From Candidatus Gygaella obscura (lineage in GTDB: Bacteria; Omnitrophota; Gorgyraeia; Gygaellales; Gygaellaceae), in the NCBI GenBank assembly GCA_030765485.1, contig JAVCCR010000003.1, positions 4,653 to 68,652 on the forward strand: a stretch of 64,000 bases of DNA. The letters are read 5' to 3'. The position numbers were made by a program, and so were the translations under genes. The notes below the pieces were generated by a model. It did no database searches. It saw nothing but the letters and a program-made list of their open reading frames with translations, and was not told where the DNA came from. Positions within the stretch are counted from its first letter, which is position 1. Each line of letters begins with the position of its first letter. This document shows, in pieces, positions 27,521 through 37,014 of the stretch.

Positions 27521-28496
27521 GCTTAAGAAACAGATAATCTATTGGGCTAGGCTTTTAAACGAGAGAGGTTTTGTTACAGCAAGAAGCGGTAATATTTCCT
27601 GTAGGTTAGAGGATAAGATTCTTATGACTAGTCACGATTCTTATTTAGGACAGTTAGAAGAGGATGAGATTGTTTTACTGGATTCAAAAGGAGCGATTAT
27701 AGAAGGAGAAAAAGAACCCACCAGCGAAAAGCCGCTTCATCTGGGGATTATGGAACATATTGATGAGGCAAAAGTGATTATACACGCACACAGCCCATTT
27801 ACCACTGCGTATTTTCATTATTTTAAAAAACTGGATATTTTTTCTTTTGAGGCTAAGTTTTATTTAGGAGAGATTAAGGTTATTCCGCAGTCTGGGCCTA
27901 CGGTTACAGATATAAATCCGGTAATTGAAGAGTTGATGAATAATAATATTGTTGTTTTAGGCAATCACGGCGTAGTTGCAATCGGTAAGGATTTTAAAAG
28001 TGCATTTAGTTTGGTCGAGCTTCTAGAAGAACAGTCCAAGATAAATTTGATGTTTTCTGGCAAGACTAAGGATTCTCCTTGCGTTGAAGAAGATAAACAA
28101 CAGATAGAGCATGTAGAAAAATCCTATTTCATGTTTTCACAGGAGCATATTCAAACAATAAAAGATATTATAAATAATGATACGCAGGCACAAGAGTTGG
28201 GTAAAAAGCATGATTTGACTTGTTCGCTTTGTGTTAAGGATATTGATGCCAAACAAGCAGTTTGTTTTTATTACCAGCAAGGCAAAATTACTAATACTGA
28301 TAATAATCCAGAAGCCGAATTTATTATTGCCGGTTCAACAGACATATTAAAGAAGATCTTTAACTGTAAAATTGACCCCTTTGTAGCTGTTACACAAGGT
28401 AAAGTTAAAACCAAAGGTGATATTAATAAAATCAGCCAATGGTATCCGGCACTTACTAGGACATTTAAACTTTGGGAACAGGTAAAAGTGGTTTAG
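27507..28496 (+). CDS. Class II aldolase fused to a C-terminal SCP2 (sterol carrier) domain
   Basis: SGNISCR, PTSE..LH, IHAHSP, NHG Zn ligands; C-terminal FIIAGS..LKKIF..KIDPFVAVTQGKVKTKGD is SCP2-like. Confidence 0.82.
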   Translation: MNITELKKQIIYWARLLNERGFVTARSGNISCRLEDKILMTSHDSYLGQLEEDEIVLLDSKGAIIEGEKEPTSEKPLHLGIMEHIDEAKVIIHAHSPFTTAYFHYFKKLDIFSFEAKFYLGEIKVIPQSGPTVTDINPVIEELMNNNIVVLGNHGVVAIGKDFKSAFSLVELLEEQSKINLMFSGKTKDSPCVEEDKQQIEHVEKSYFMFSQEHIQTIKDIINNDTQAQELGKKHDLTCSLCVKDIDAKQAVCFYYQQGKITNTDNNPEAEFIIAGSTDILKKIFNCKIDPFVAVTQGKVKTKGDINKISQWYPALTRTFKLWEQVKVV

Positions 28497-28540
28497 CGGT
28501 ATTTTAAGATTAATTTATTTACTGCAGGAATATATAAATA

Positions 28541-30892
28541 ATGAAAATTCTCGCCATAAGGTTTGCCCGGTTTATTATTAAATTCAGGCTTGTTTTTTTG
28601 GTTGCTTTTACTCTTATTTCAATATTTTTTTTTCAGGTTATAAAAGATATTACGTTTCAGACTGATATCGATGATTTTTATCCGCAGAAGCATCCCTTTG
28701 TTACTGTTCAGAATAAGCTCACCCAGGTTTTTGGTGGGATAAATCAGGTTTCCATTGCCCTAAAAGTAAAAGAAGGCGATATCTTAAATAGTGATACGCT
28801 TGAGAAGGTAATCCGTATTACCAATGAGCTGTATCTTATGGATGGGATAAACCTCGGACGGGTTACTTCTTTATCTGCCCGTAAGATAAAACACATCAAG
28901 GCAACAGAAGACGGGTTTTCCATTGACCGCGTATTAAGACAAGTGCCAAAAGATGAGCTGGAGATGATGGCATTACGAGATAGGATTGTTTTAAGTCCCA
29001 ATGTCTATATCCGTATGGTTTCGCAGGATTTTCAAAGTACGCTTATTCAGGCAGATTTTCAAAAAGGGGTGTCTTCAAAATATATCTTTGATAAGCTGCA
29101 GCAAATAAAACTTCAGGAAGAAAACGCCAATACGCAGATATTTTTAGCCGGTAGACCCATCCTTGAAGGTTGGCTTAATACATATCTGCCTAAGATGTTA
29201 AAGATACTTCTTTTGACTCTTTTGGTGGTTTCACTTATATTGTTTTTTACGTTTCGTTCCAAAAGAGGCGTATTCTTGCCGCTATTAGATTCATCTATGG
29301 CTACATTATGGGGTTTGGGAATGATGAAGCTTTTTGGCTTCAGGCTTGATCCAACAACAATACTGGTTCCATTTTTGATCCTGGCTTTAGGTATCAGCCA
29401 TTCGATTCATTTTATGAAGCATTATTATGAGGAGATGAAGCAAGAAAATAGAAAATCCAAGCATGCTGTACGCAGAACTCTGGAGGTATTATTTGTTCCG
29501 GCAATCACCGCAGTTATTACAGATGGGTTTGGTTTTTTAAGTTTGGCTTTTATTCCTTTAGATACTATTCGCAGTATGGCTCTGGCTGCAGGTTTTGGAA
29601 TTTTTAGCAATTTTCTTACTTCATTTATTTTTACGCCCTGTCTGATTTCTTATATGAAACCTCCCAAGGTGCTTGAGGTAGCCCGCGAAGAAGAACATCT
29701 TTTGATTGATAAACTCTTGTCACGGGTGGCGAATATTTCAACGCATAAGAGAACACGCGTGGTGTTAAGTTTAGTGTTTATATCAATCGTGGCCGTATCT
29801 TTATTTGGAATAAACAAGATTGTCGTTGGAGATAACTCTTTTGGCTCAAGCCATCTTTATCCCAACAGCCCCTATAATAAAAGTGACAAGTTTATAAATG
29901 ATAATTTCGGAGGCACTAATTCCTATTATGTGTTAGTTGACGGCCAAACAGAGGATAGCCTTATTGATTTAGATGCGCTTAAAAAAATCGATTCCCTCCA
30001 GCATTATATACTAAAGAATGTAAAAGAAGCAGGATACGCGGTATCTGTTTCTGATTATGTAAAGGGGTTAAACTTTGCTATGTTTTCCGGTGATAGAAAC
30101 TATTATAGGCTTCCGGAAAAAAGTCAAACCGTTGCTGAATATCTATTTCTTTATGAGATCTCGACTTATCCTGGAGATTTTGAACCAGTGATAACCGCTG
30201 ATTACTCCAAGGCGAATATAAAGTTTGATCTTAAAGACCATAGGCCTTCGACAATAGATAATGTTATTGCTAAGACAAGGCAGTGGATAGATGAGAATAT
30301 GTCTAAAGATGATGTCTTAAAGTTTGAATATGCTGCTGGTGAAATTGGAATGTTGGCGGCAATAAATGATATTATTGCCAAAAGCATAATTCCCAGCATC
30401 ATTTTTATATCAGCTTTAATTTTCGTATATATTTCCTACATATTCGGTTCTGTCAGCGCAGGGTTATTGTTATTGGTGCCGCTACTATTTAGTATTTTAG
30501 TTGTATTCGGGCTTTTTGGTTTAACGGGTATGCCTTTAACAACCGAGACTTTATCTTTAGCAGCATTAAGCGAAGGCCTAGGGATAAATTATGGCATATA
30601 TGTTATCACGCGGCTTTTCCAGGAGGTTAGGCGCAGGAAGCACCCTTCTTATGAAGAGGCATTAAAGGTAACCCTAGTTACATCTGGTAAGGCTGTATTT
30701 TTTAGCGGAATGATTGTTTCAATTGGAATTTTCGTGTGGCTGTTTTCTGATATCCGTCTGCAGGCAAGACTGGGAGTAACTTTAGGAGTTACTTTAATTA
30801 TAAACATGATAGCTGCACTTGTGATTCTACCTTTATTAATATTACTGGTGAAGCCGAAGTTTATTTTTGATATAGAAAAGTTTAAGTATTAA
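28541..30892 (+). CDS. MMPL/RND family lipid transporter
   Basis: Two internally repeated halves each with a periplasmic loop and TM bundle; FGG, AGRP, TFRSKRG, TSGKAVFFS. Confidence 0.9.
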   Translation: MKILAIRFARFIIKFRLVFLVAFTLISIFFFQVIKDITFQTDIDDFYPQKHPFVTVQNKLTQVFGGINQVSIALKVKEGDILNSDTLEKVIRITNELYLMDGINLGRVTSLSARKIKHIKATEDGFSIDRVLRQVPKDELEMMALRDRIVLSPNVYIRMVSQDFQSTLIQADFQKGVSSKYIFDKLQQIKLQEENANTQIFLAGRPILEGWLNTYLPKMLKILLLTLLVVSLILFFTFRSKRGVFLPLLDSSMATLWGLGMMKLFGFRLDPTTILVPFLILALGISHSIHFMKHYYEEMKQENRKSKHAVRRTLEVLFVPAITAVITDGFGFLSLAFIPLDTIRSMALAAGFGIFSNFLTSFIFTPCLISYMKPPKVLEVAREEEHLLIDKLLSRVANISTHKRTRVVLSLVFISIVAVSLFGINKIVVGDNSFGSSHLYPNSPYNKSDKFINDNFGGTNSYYVLVDGQTEDSLIDLDALKKIDSLQHYILKNVKEAGYAVSVSDYVKGLNFAMFSGDRNYYRLPEKSQTVAEYLFLYEISTYPGDFEPVITADYSKANIKFDLKDHRPSTIDNVIAKTRQWIDENMSKDDVLKFEYAAGEIGMLAAINDIIAKSIIPSIIFISALIFVYISYIFGSVSAGLLLLVPLLFSILVVFGLFGLTGMPLTTETLSLAALSEGLGINYGIYVITRLFQEVRRRKHPSYEEALKVTLVTSGKAVFFSGMIVSIGIFVWLFSDIRLQARLGVTLGVTLIINMIAALVILPLLILLVKPKFIFDIEKFKY

Positions 30893-30908
30893 AAAACAGG
30901 AGGGGAGC

Positions 30909-31805
30909 ATGAGGAGTTTGTTGATGAAGAGTTTGTTGTTAGTGTGTTGTGTTTTTGTTTTTGTTGTTAATGGTTTTGCTATGGAGTTTAAGCAGCATGA
31001 GGTTTATAAGATCACTGATGGTATGAACGCAGAAGAAATCATAGGGGTGTCTACTTTTAATAAATATACCAAGTTTGCCTATGATTATGAGTCAACCGGA
31101 TATGTCCACCTGATTGAAAAAAGCGGGGCAAAGAGACAAAGAACTTTTTTACGCCGCAGGATTATTTTGGGGGATAAGTTAGCCAAAATTGATTATAAGG
31201 ATGTTACCAGTTTCACTGCTCCCACATCAGTTAAGGGTTTAGGTATTTTAAGTTGGACCTATATGACCTATGGGCAGGATTCGGATCAGTGGTTATGGAT
31301 CCCATCACTTAAGAAAATTCGTAAGGTTTCAGCTGCTCAAGGTGATGATTCTTTTATGGGTTCAGATTTTACCACAGAAGAAGTCACCACAAGAAAAGTA
31401 GAGGATGAGACCTACAAATTATTAAGGCAAGAAAAGTTCACCGGCTATACATCAAGTTTTAATGGTAAAATCTATTATAAGGATGCAGATTGTTTTGTTA
31501 TAGAGGCAACTCCTGTAAGAGATCCTTGGTATTATTCTAAAAGAATCGTCTGGGTGGAAAAAACTACAGGTGGCGATATCTATGAAGAGATTTATGACGC
31601 TAATGGCAGGAAATATAAATATATCCTTAAAGAATACCAGATTAAAGACGTTAATGGACGCGACTATTCAGTGCAGACGCATCTTGAGGTAGAGGACCTG
31701 CGTTCGAATCACAAGACTGTCATTGAAATAAAGGGTATCAAGTTTGATCAGGGTCTAAAAGAGAGTGACTTTAGTGAAAGAATCCTGCAGAGGTCAAAAT
31801 GGTAA
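30909..31805 (+). CDS. Periplasmic LolA-like lipid/lipoprotein carrier (DUF1329/DUF4292-like)
   Basis: Signal peptide; FTAPTSVKG, DQWLWIPSLKKIRK, SFMGSDFT, YSKRIVWV, YDANG. Confidence 0.82.
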   Translation: MRSLLMKSLLLVCCVFVFVVNGFAMEFKQHEVYKITDGMNAEEIIGVSTFNKYTKFAYDYESTGYVHLIEKSGAKRQRTFLRRRIILGDKLAKIDYKDVTSFTAPTSVKGLGILSWTYMTYGQDSDQWLWIPSLKKIRKVSAAQGDDSFMGSDFTTEEVTTRKVEDETYKLLRQEKFTGYTSSFNGKIYYKDADCFVIEATPVRDPWYYSKRIVWVEKTTGGDIYEEIYDANGRKYKYILKEYQIKDVNGRDYSVQTHLEVEDLRSNHKTVIEIKGIKFDQGLKESDFSERILQRSKW

Positions 31806-31819
31806 TAAAAGGAGTAAGT

Positions 31820-33310
31820 ATGAGGAAGAAAATTGTTTTATTTATAATCTTAGTGTTTGTGGTTTTGGGTGTAACCATGAATAGTTATGCTCAAATGGAT
31901 CAGGCGTTTGTCTATGAAGCATTGCGCAAAGTCTTGCCTTTTGAAAAACTAGAGATGGCCGGGTACTTAAAAAACGAGACATCTCTTAAGATGGCGCATG
32001 GCATGGATGAATTTATGAAGTTTAAGAATATTGTTAACTTGCAGGCTAATTACAATATTAAAGATAATGTTGATTTTTTTACCACGATTAGGTGGTTCCA
32101 TGATGGAGTCTATAGTCTGGAAGAGTCTAGATATACATCGATTGATTCCAAGGAGAAAAATCGGAAACTCAAATTCCCTGAGAAGATGCTTTGGTTAAGG
32201 GATTGCTTTGTGGATATCTATACAGATAGATTGGATATCCGTGCCGGTAAACAGCAGGTTGTCTGGGGTACAGCAGATGGGATCAGAATATTAGATATGA
32301 TCAATCCTTTAGATTACAGCGAGTGGACTTTGCCGAATTACTCTGATATCAGGATTCCTTTATGGATGCTTAATATTGAAGGTGAACTTTTAGCAGACGG
32401 ACATTTGCAGGTTTTATTGATTCCTGATTATCAGGCTAATTATTACGGCCCGGTAGGAGGTCCGTTTACCTTAAGGACGGTGGAATTGGGCGCAAAAAGC
32501 CTTAATGCTTTGCCGCCATTTGTTACTACAACAACAATAAGTGAGCGTCCTAAGCGCAATTTTGAGAATACAAAGCTAGGGCTTCGCTGGCGTAATGTTA
32601 TTGGCGCAGGTTACGCTCAGGGGTTAGAATACACGCTTAATTATTATCACGGTTATGATTTTGCATCTGCAGCCTATACTGCAGTAAAAATTGTTCCCGG
32701 AGGATACTTTAAGTTGACCCGTAGAGCAGAGGGAATTGATGTCTTTGGCGGAACGTTTTCTAAAACTGTTACAAACGGTGCGTTTGGTATTCCTGCACTT
32801 TTTAAGGGTTGGACTGTAAGAGGCGAGTATGCCTGGATTACGCATGGAGCAATGAATTATGGAACTGATGCCAATATCGTAGGTACTGTAGATGTGGATC
32901 AGTTTAATTATGTTTTAGGTTTTGATAAGAATTTTTGGACCAATTGGCTTTTTAGTTTTCAGTTTATCCAGATGAACGCTAAGGAAACTGAGGAGTTCAA
33001 TAAGGATTCCTACGTTTTATTAAATGGCGCTACCCGTGGTTCATTAGGAGATCAGGAAACAACCCTAAGTCTTAAAATTTCAACTGATTTTATGCATGAG
33101 AGAGTCAAGCCGGAAGTTTTAATTCTTCATACGGTCGGCAGTGAGAAATCCGACCGAGATTGGAGGATAAGCCCGAAAGTCAGTTTTGAAATCAATGACC
33201 GCTGGCAAATAGCGGCCGGAGCGCATATCTTTGAGGGAGAGGAACAGCTTTTAAGCGGTCAGTTTGATAAAAACGACCAGGTATTCTTTGAGACAAAGTA
33301 TAGTTTCTAA
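31820..33310 (+). CDS. Outer membrane beta-barrel (DUF1302-like)
   Basis: Signal peptide; LRDCFVD, RAGKQQVVWGTADG, DMINPLD, RIPLWM; C-terminal KYSF; ATG 31820 follows AAGGAG. Confidence 0.8.
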   Translation: MRKKIVLFIILVFVVLGVTMNSYAQMDQAFVYEALRKVLPFEKLEMAGYLKNETSLKMAHGMDEFMKFKNIVNLQANYNIKDNVDFFTTIRWFHDGVYSLEESRYTSIDSKEKNRKLKFPEKMLWLRDCFVDIYTDRLDIRAGKQQVVWGTADGIRILDMINPLDYSEWTLPNYSDIRIPLWMLNIEGELLADGHLQVLLIPDYQANYYGPVGGPFTLRTVELGAKSLNALPPFVTTTTISERPKRNFENTKLGLRWRNVIGAGYAQGLEYTLNYYHGYDFASAAYTAVKIVPGGYFKLTRRAEGIDVFGGTFSKTVTNGAFGIPALFKGWTVRGEYAWITHGAMNYGTDANIVGTVDVDQFNYVLGFDKNFWTNWLFSFQFIQMNAKETEEFNKDSYVLLNGATRGSLGDQETTLSLKISTDFMHERVKPEVLILHTVGSEKSDRDWRISPKVSFEINDRWQIAAGAHIFEGEEQLLSGQFDKNDQVFFETKYSF

Positions 33311-33317
33311 ATAGATA

Positions 33318-33364
33318 AACAAAAAAAGACCCCGCCTATTAATTTAAGCGGGGTTTTTTGTTAT
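33318..33364. terminator. Bidirectional intrinsic terminator
   Basis: ACCCCGC-loop-GCGGGGT stem flanked by an A-run and a T-run, between convergent genes. Confidence 0.85.
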
Positions 33365-33374
33365 TCGAGAGTTT

Positions 33375-33764
33375 TTAAATTTTGTTTGAATCTAAGACAG
33401 TGTTAATTTTTTCTGCCAGGCCTTTAAGGTGGTCTCTTTTGCGCAGTTTTACTCTTACGGATTTATCCCCATCAATAAATTTATTTAAATCCTCTTCAAT
33501 ACGAAATAGCGCTCCAAAGGTTCTGTTGGACATAACAATAATAAAATAAACCAGTATTACAAATATAATCATATATCCTGATAGAAACCCCAGGTAAAAA
33601 CTCCTGATGAATTTTACCGGGTCCTTGGTGAAAAAATGAGCGTTGTTAAGCATGCTCCAGAAATACCAGTGGGTTATTCCAGCTGCTAAGATTATCAAGG
33701 CGATAACTATTAAGACATATTTAAGCTGTAGTCCGTTAATGATGTATTTGCTTCTTTTGCTCAT
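33375..33764 (-). CDS. Small 2-TM membrane protein with HAMP-like C-terminus
   Basis: AAGGAG RBS; two TMs then SNRTFGALFRI..DL...GD...VKLRKRDHLKGLAEKIN. Confidence 0.75.
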   Translation of the reverse strand: MSKRSKYIINGLQLKYVLIVIALIILAAGITHWYFWSMLNNAHFFTKDPVKFIRSFYLGFLSGYMIIFVILVYFIIVMSNRTFGALFRIEEDLNKFIDGDKSVRVKLRKRDHLKGLAEKINTVLDSNKI

Positions 33765-33787
33765 GACTAACTCCTTTTTTAATTATG

Positions 33788-33870
33788 TGCCGAAGGTGGG
33801 AGTTGAACCCACACGAGGTTACCCTCATCGGTTTTTGAGACCGACGTGTATGCCATTCCACCACTTCGGC
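33788..33870 (-). tRNA. tRNA-Leu(CAA)
   Basis: GCCGAAG acceptor stem, TCGGT-CTCAAAA-ACCGA anticodon arm, long variable arm, GGTTCAACTCC T arm; CCA not encoded. Confidence 0.93.
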
Positions 33871-33875
33871 AAAAC

Positions 33876-34625
33876 TTACTTCTTGTCCTTACCCATAAAA
33901 ACCTTCATGAGTTCTAAAGGTAATGGGAAAATTATCGTTGATGTCTTTTCTGATGAAATCTCCACAAGAGTTTGTAAATATCTCATCTGCAAAGCTATGG
34001 GTTGCTTGGCTACGTTTTCGGCTGCAGCAACGAGCTTTTCTGAAGCCTGGTATTCGGCTTCTGCACCAATTATCTTTGCTCTACGTTCACGTTCTGCCTC
34101 AGCTTGTTTGGCCATGGCCCGCTGCATTTCTTGAGGAAGGTCAACGTGTTTGATTTCTACATTGGAAACTTTTACTCCCCAGGGGTCAGTTGCCCTATCG
34201 ATTATTTCCTGTAACTGGTTATTTATTTTTTCCCGTTCTGATAAAAGTTCATCTAATTGCACTTGGCCGACAATGCTTCTTAAAGAGGTTTGCGCCATTT
34301 GAGAGGTGGCAAACATAAAATCTTCAACTTCCGTTATAGCCTTGTTGGGATCAATTACCCTAAAATACACAACAGCATTTACTTTAACCGAAACGTTATC
34401 CCTAGTAATTATATCCTGAGAAGGAACATCTAAGGTGATAATTCTTAAACTTATACGCACAGCCTTATCTAGAGGGATAAAGACAAATATAATTCCCGGG
34501 CCTTTAGGAACTGAAACAAGCCGTCCTAAGCGAAATATTACTGCTCGCTCGTACTCTTTTAAAATCTTAATGCAGTTTGATAGGTACAAAACTACAAAGA
34601 CTAGAATCATTATGGAAAAAGGCAT
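33876..34625 (-). CDS. SPFH/stomatin-like (slipin) protein
   Basis: [40 protein letters not shown]. Confidence 0.95.
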   Translation of the reverse strand: MPFSIMILVFVVLYLSNCIKILKEYERAVIFRLGRLVSVPKGPGIIFVFIPLDKAVRISLRIITLDVPSQDIITRDNVSVKVNAVVYFRVIDPNKAITEVEDFMFATSQMAQTSLRSIVGQVQLDELLSEREKINNQLQEIIDRATDPWGVKVSNVEIKHVDLPQEMQRAMAKQAEAERERRAKIIGAEAEYQASEKLVAAAENVAKQPIALQMRYLQTLVEISSEKTSTIIFPLPLELMKVFMGKDKK

Positions 34626-34626
34626 T

Positions 34627-35958
34627 TTAGGCTCCTTTGGTTATTTTGAGTTTTAATCCTTCAACAGCGATTATCTTTACAGCATCGTTTTTCTTAATCG
34701 GTTTTTTATCAAGCGTATATGCATTCCAGATTTCACCGTGACAGAGAACTTTGCCGGTTTTATTTATATTACTTATTGCCGTTGCTTTTTCATTTAAGAG
34801 ACCTTCTTTACCGGTAGTGATTTTCTTGCGGTATGTTTTTACTGCGTTAAATACTAAAAGAACAGCAATTGAGCCTGTAGCAACAGCAAAAGGTATTATT
34901 ATTTTAACTGAAATCCTTAAAAATTCAAATGGAGATTTTATAAGCATTATCGAGCCAAAACTTAAAGCGACAATACCACCTAAAGTTAATAGCCCGAATG
35001 TAGGTGTAAAGGCCTCAGCAATAAATAGTATTATTGATAAAACTATGAGTAAAATCCCGGTGTAATCTATGGGTAAGGCTTGAAAGGAATAAAAGGAAAG
35101 CAGTATACAGATTGCTCCGGCAATCCCAGGGAAACCTATCCCCGGGTGTGAGAACTCAAATATCAAGCCAATAACCCCTAACAGCATGAGGATATAGGCG
35201 ATATTCGGATTAGTTACTGAATTTAATATTCTTTCCTGGAAGGTAAGAGGTATCTCCACAATAGAAGCATCTTTGGTATTTAAGATAATAGTTTTTTCAT
35301 TTAGTATAATCTTTTTATTGTTTAACTTTTGTTTTAGCTCATCAAAATCTGAAGCGATAAAATCAATTACCTTGTTTCTTAAGGCTTGTGTTTCCGTGCT
35401 GGAGATGCTTTTTTTAACTGCATCCTGCGCCCAGCGCTGGTTGCGCTTACGAAGTTTTGCAATTGTAGTAACCCAGGCTAAGGTATCATTTAATACCTTT
35501 TCGCTAAGGATATCTTTTTCAGACTTACTTTTATCTTCTTCGGTCTTTTTTACAGAGGGAGCGATGCCGATATTTAATGGGTGAGCTGAACCCATATTAG
35601 TTGATGGCGCCATAACCGCCACATGAGAGGCTAAGGTAATAAAAACCCCGGCACTGCCTGCACGCGCACCACTTGGTGAGACATAAACAACAATCGGGAT
35701 TTTAGAGTTAAGTATTGTTTTTACAATGTCACGCGTTGAATCCAATAACCCGCCGGGAGTATCAAGTTCAATAATAAGGCAACTTGCCTTATTATCAATA
35801 GACTCATCGATTGCTCGGGCAATAAAATCCTTAACCACAGGGCCAATGATGTAGTTATCTATCCTGATGAGGTTGATTTGGCTAGGTTCTTGCGCAAAAC
35901 AAGAGCAGGAAAGGATAAAAAAACCAATAAATAAACTGAAAATAAGTTTTTTAATCAT
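34627..35958 (-). CDS. nfeD: NfeD long form (ClpP-class protease domain, TM region, OB fold)
   Basis: [34 protein letters not shown]; upstream of the slipin gene. Confidence 0.92.
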   Translation of the reverse strand: MIKKLIFSLFIGFFILSCSCFAQEPSQINLIRIDNYIIGPVVKDFIARAIDESIDNKASCLIIELDTPGGLLDSTRDIVKTILNSKIPIVVYVSPSGARAGSAGVFITLASHVAVMAPSTNMGSAHPLNIGIAPSVKKTEEDKSKSEKDILSEKVLNDTLAWVTTIAKLRKRNQRWAQDAVKKSISSTETQALRNKVIDFIASDFDELKQKLNNKKIILNEKTIILNTKDASIVEIPLTFQERILNSVTNPNIAYILMLLGVIGLIFEFSHPGIGFPGIAGAICILLSFYSFQALPIDYTGILLIVLSIILFIAEAFTPTFGLLTLGGIVALSFGSIMLIKSPFEFLRISVKIIIPFAVATGSIAVLLVFNAVKTYRKKITTGKEGLLNEKATAISNINKTGKVLCHGEIWNAYTLDKKPIKKNDAVKIIAVEGLKLKITKGA

Positions 35959-35969
35959 AACTTCAGTAT

Positions 35970-35998
35970 ATTGTATAGGTAAAAAAGTAACTAGTCAA
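35970..35998 (-). promoter_or_regulatory. Sigma70-type promoter of nfeD-slipin
   Basis: TTGACT-17 bp-TACAAT, 11 nt before the ATG. Confidence 0.65.
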
Positions 35999-36065
35999 TA
36001 CAAAACCGCCCTTAAAAATATGCTTTAAAACTAAGCATTTTTATGATAATATAACCAATACATTT

Positions 36066-36141
<76 letters not shown>

Positions 36142-36149
36142 ATAGGTCA

Positions 36150-36190
36150 ATTCAGCGCTGTTTAGACAACTAGGCAGCGCTGAGTTTATT
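36150..36190 (+). terminator. Long hairpin downstream of tRNA-Ala, probable terminator
   Basis: TCAGCGCTGTTTAG-acaa-CTAGGCAGCGCTGA followed by GTTTATT. Confidence 0.6.
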
Positions 36191-36209
36191 GTTAGGGGGA
36201 AAAAAAGAA

Positions 36210-36941
36210 ATGAAGGTTGTTTTATATTGGGTAATTATTGCTTGTTTTGTTTTTGGAGCTTTCGGTTGTGCTATGAATATTGCTAGTATTCGTAAATACG
36301 GATTACCCACAGATTATAAATCCGAGATAGAAGATATTTTGAGGCATTTTAAACAAAATTTTCCTTTATCTTATGATTACTCCGTTGAGATTTTATCAGA
36401 GAAAGAAATGAGTGAAATGGTAAAATCTGGCTCTCCCCATATAAAACAAATTTCCCCTACAGAAAACCCGGTTATTTATCTCGATGATTTATTTGTGAAG
36501 TATTTATATAATGATCCAAATGGTTACGTTTATAGAAAATTGTATCTTGTTTGTGTTTTAGCTCATGAAATATGTCATATAGAATACAATTTAGCAGATA
36601 ATCCTATAACTATCCATTTGCAAGTAGATTATAAAGCCATTGATATGATAAAGAAGTTTGGAATTGAATGGTTTGAATATAGTTGGGCTTTGGCTTCGGC
36701 AGAGTCTTATATGGACATTAGAAGAACTGGTGGTGAATGGCAAAATCTATTATTAACGATGTTTAAAGGCGGAGTAGCAGTTACAACAGGATTATTTTAT
36801 CAAGAAAATGATTTATTTCAAAGAGCGATAATGATAAATGATAATCTGGGGAGAATGGATAAAGGTTGGTTAGGAAAAAGGGGTAGGAGATGGAGAAAAT
36901 TTATAGATAATAAAGAAATTTGGGATTTTCCTGATGATTAG
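36210..36941 (+). CDS. Hypothetical lipoprotein with HEXXH zinc-peptidase motif
   Basis: AFGC lipobox after a hydrophobic signal; VLAHEICH. Confidence 0.6.
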   Translation: MKVVLYWVIIACFVFGAFGCAMNIASIRKYGLPTDYKSEIEDILRHFKQNFPLSYDYSVEILSEKEMSEMVKSGSPHIKQISPTENPVIYLDDLFVKYLYNDPNGYVYRKLYLVCVLAHEICHIEYNLADNPITIHLQVDYKAIDMIKKFGIEWFEYSWALASAESYMDIRRTGGEWQNLLLTMFKGGVAVTTGLFYQENDLFQRAIMINDNLGRMDKGWLGKRGRRWRKFIDNKEIWDFPDD

Positions 36942-37014
36942 TATTGCAAATAATTATAACGTATAATAATGAGTGTATTTCGAGAGTTGATGGCTTATAT
37001 ATTAGGAGTAGTAA

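Noticed and set aside
23878-28496. Ordinary methionine salvage operon (mtnP-mtnA-mtnB)
   Set aside because: No enolase-phosphatase, dioxygenase or RuBisCO-like genes here, motifs are divergent, and the SCP2 fusion and lipid transport genes are unexplained by it; not excluded as a side activity.
22367-33310. Hopanoid (hpn) biosynthesis cluster
   Set aside because: No squalene synthase or squalene-hopene cyclase in the window and the radical SAM has an N-terminal B12-type domain unlike HpnH; used only as a mechanistic analogy.
33643-34134. 163-aa plus-strand ORF
   Set aside because: Antisense to tRNA-Leu and the slipin gene; its translation contains the reverse-read tRNA, a shadow ORF.
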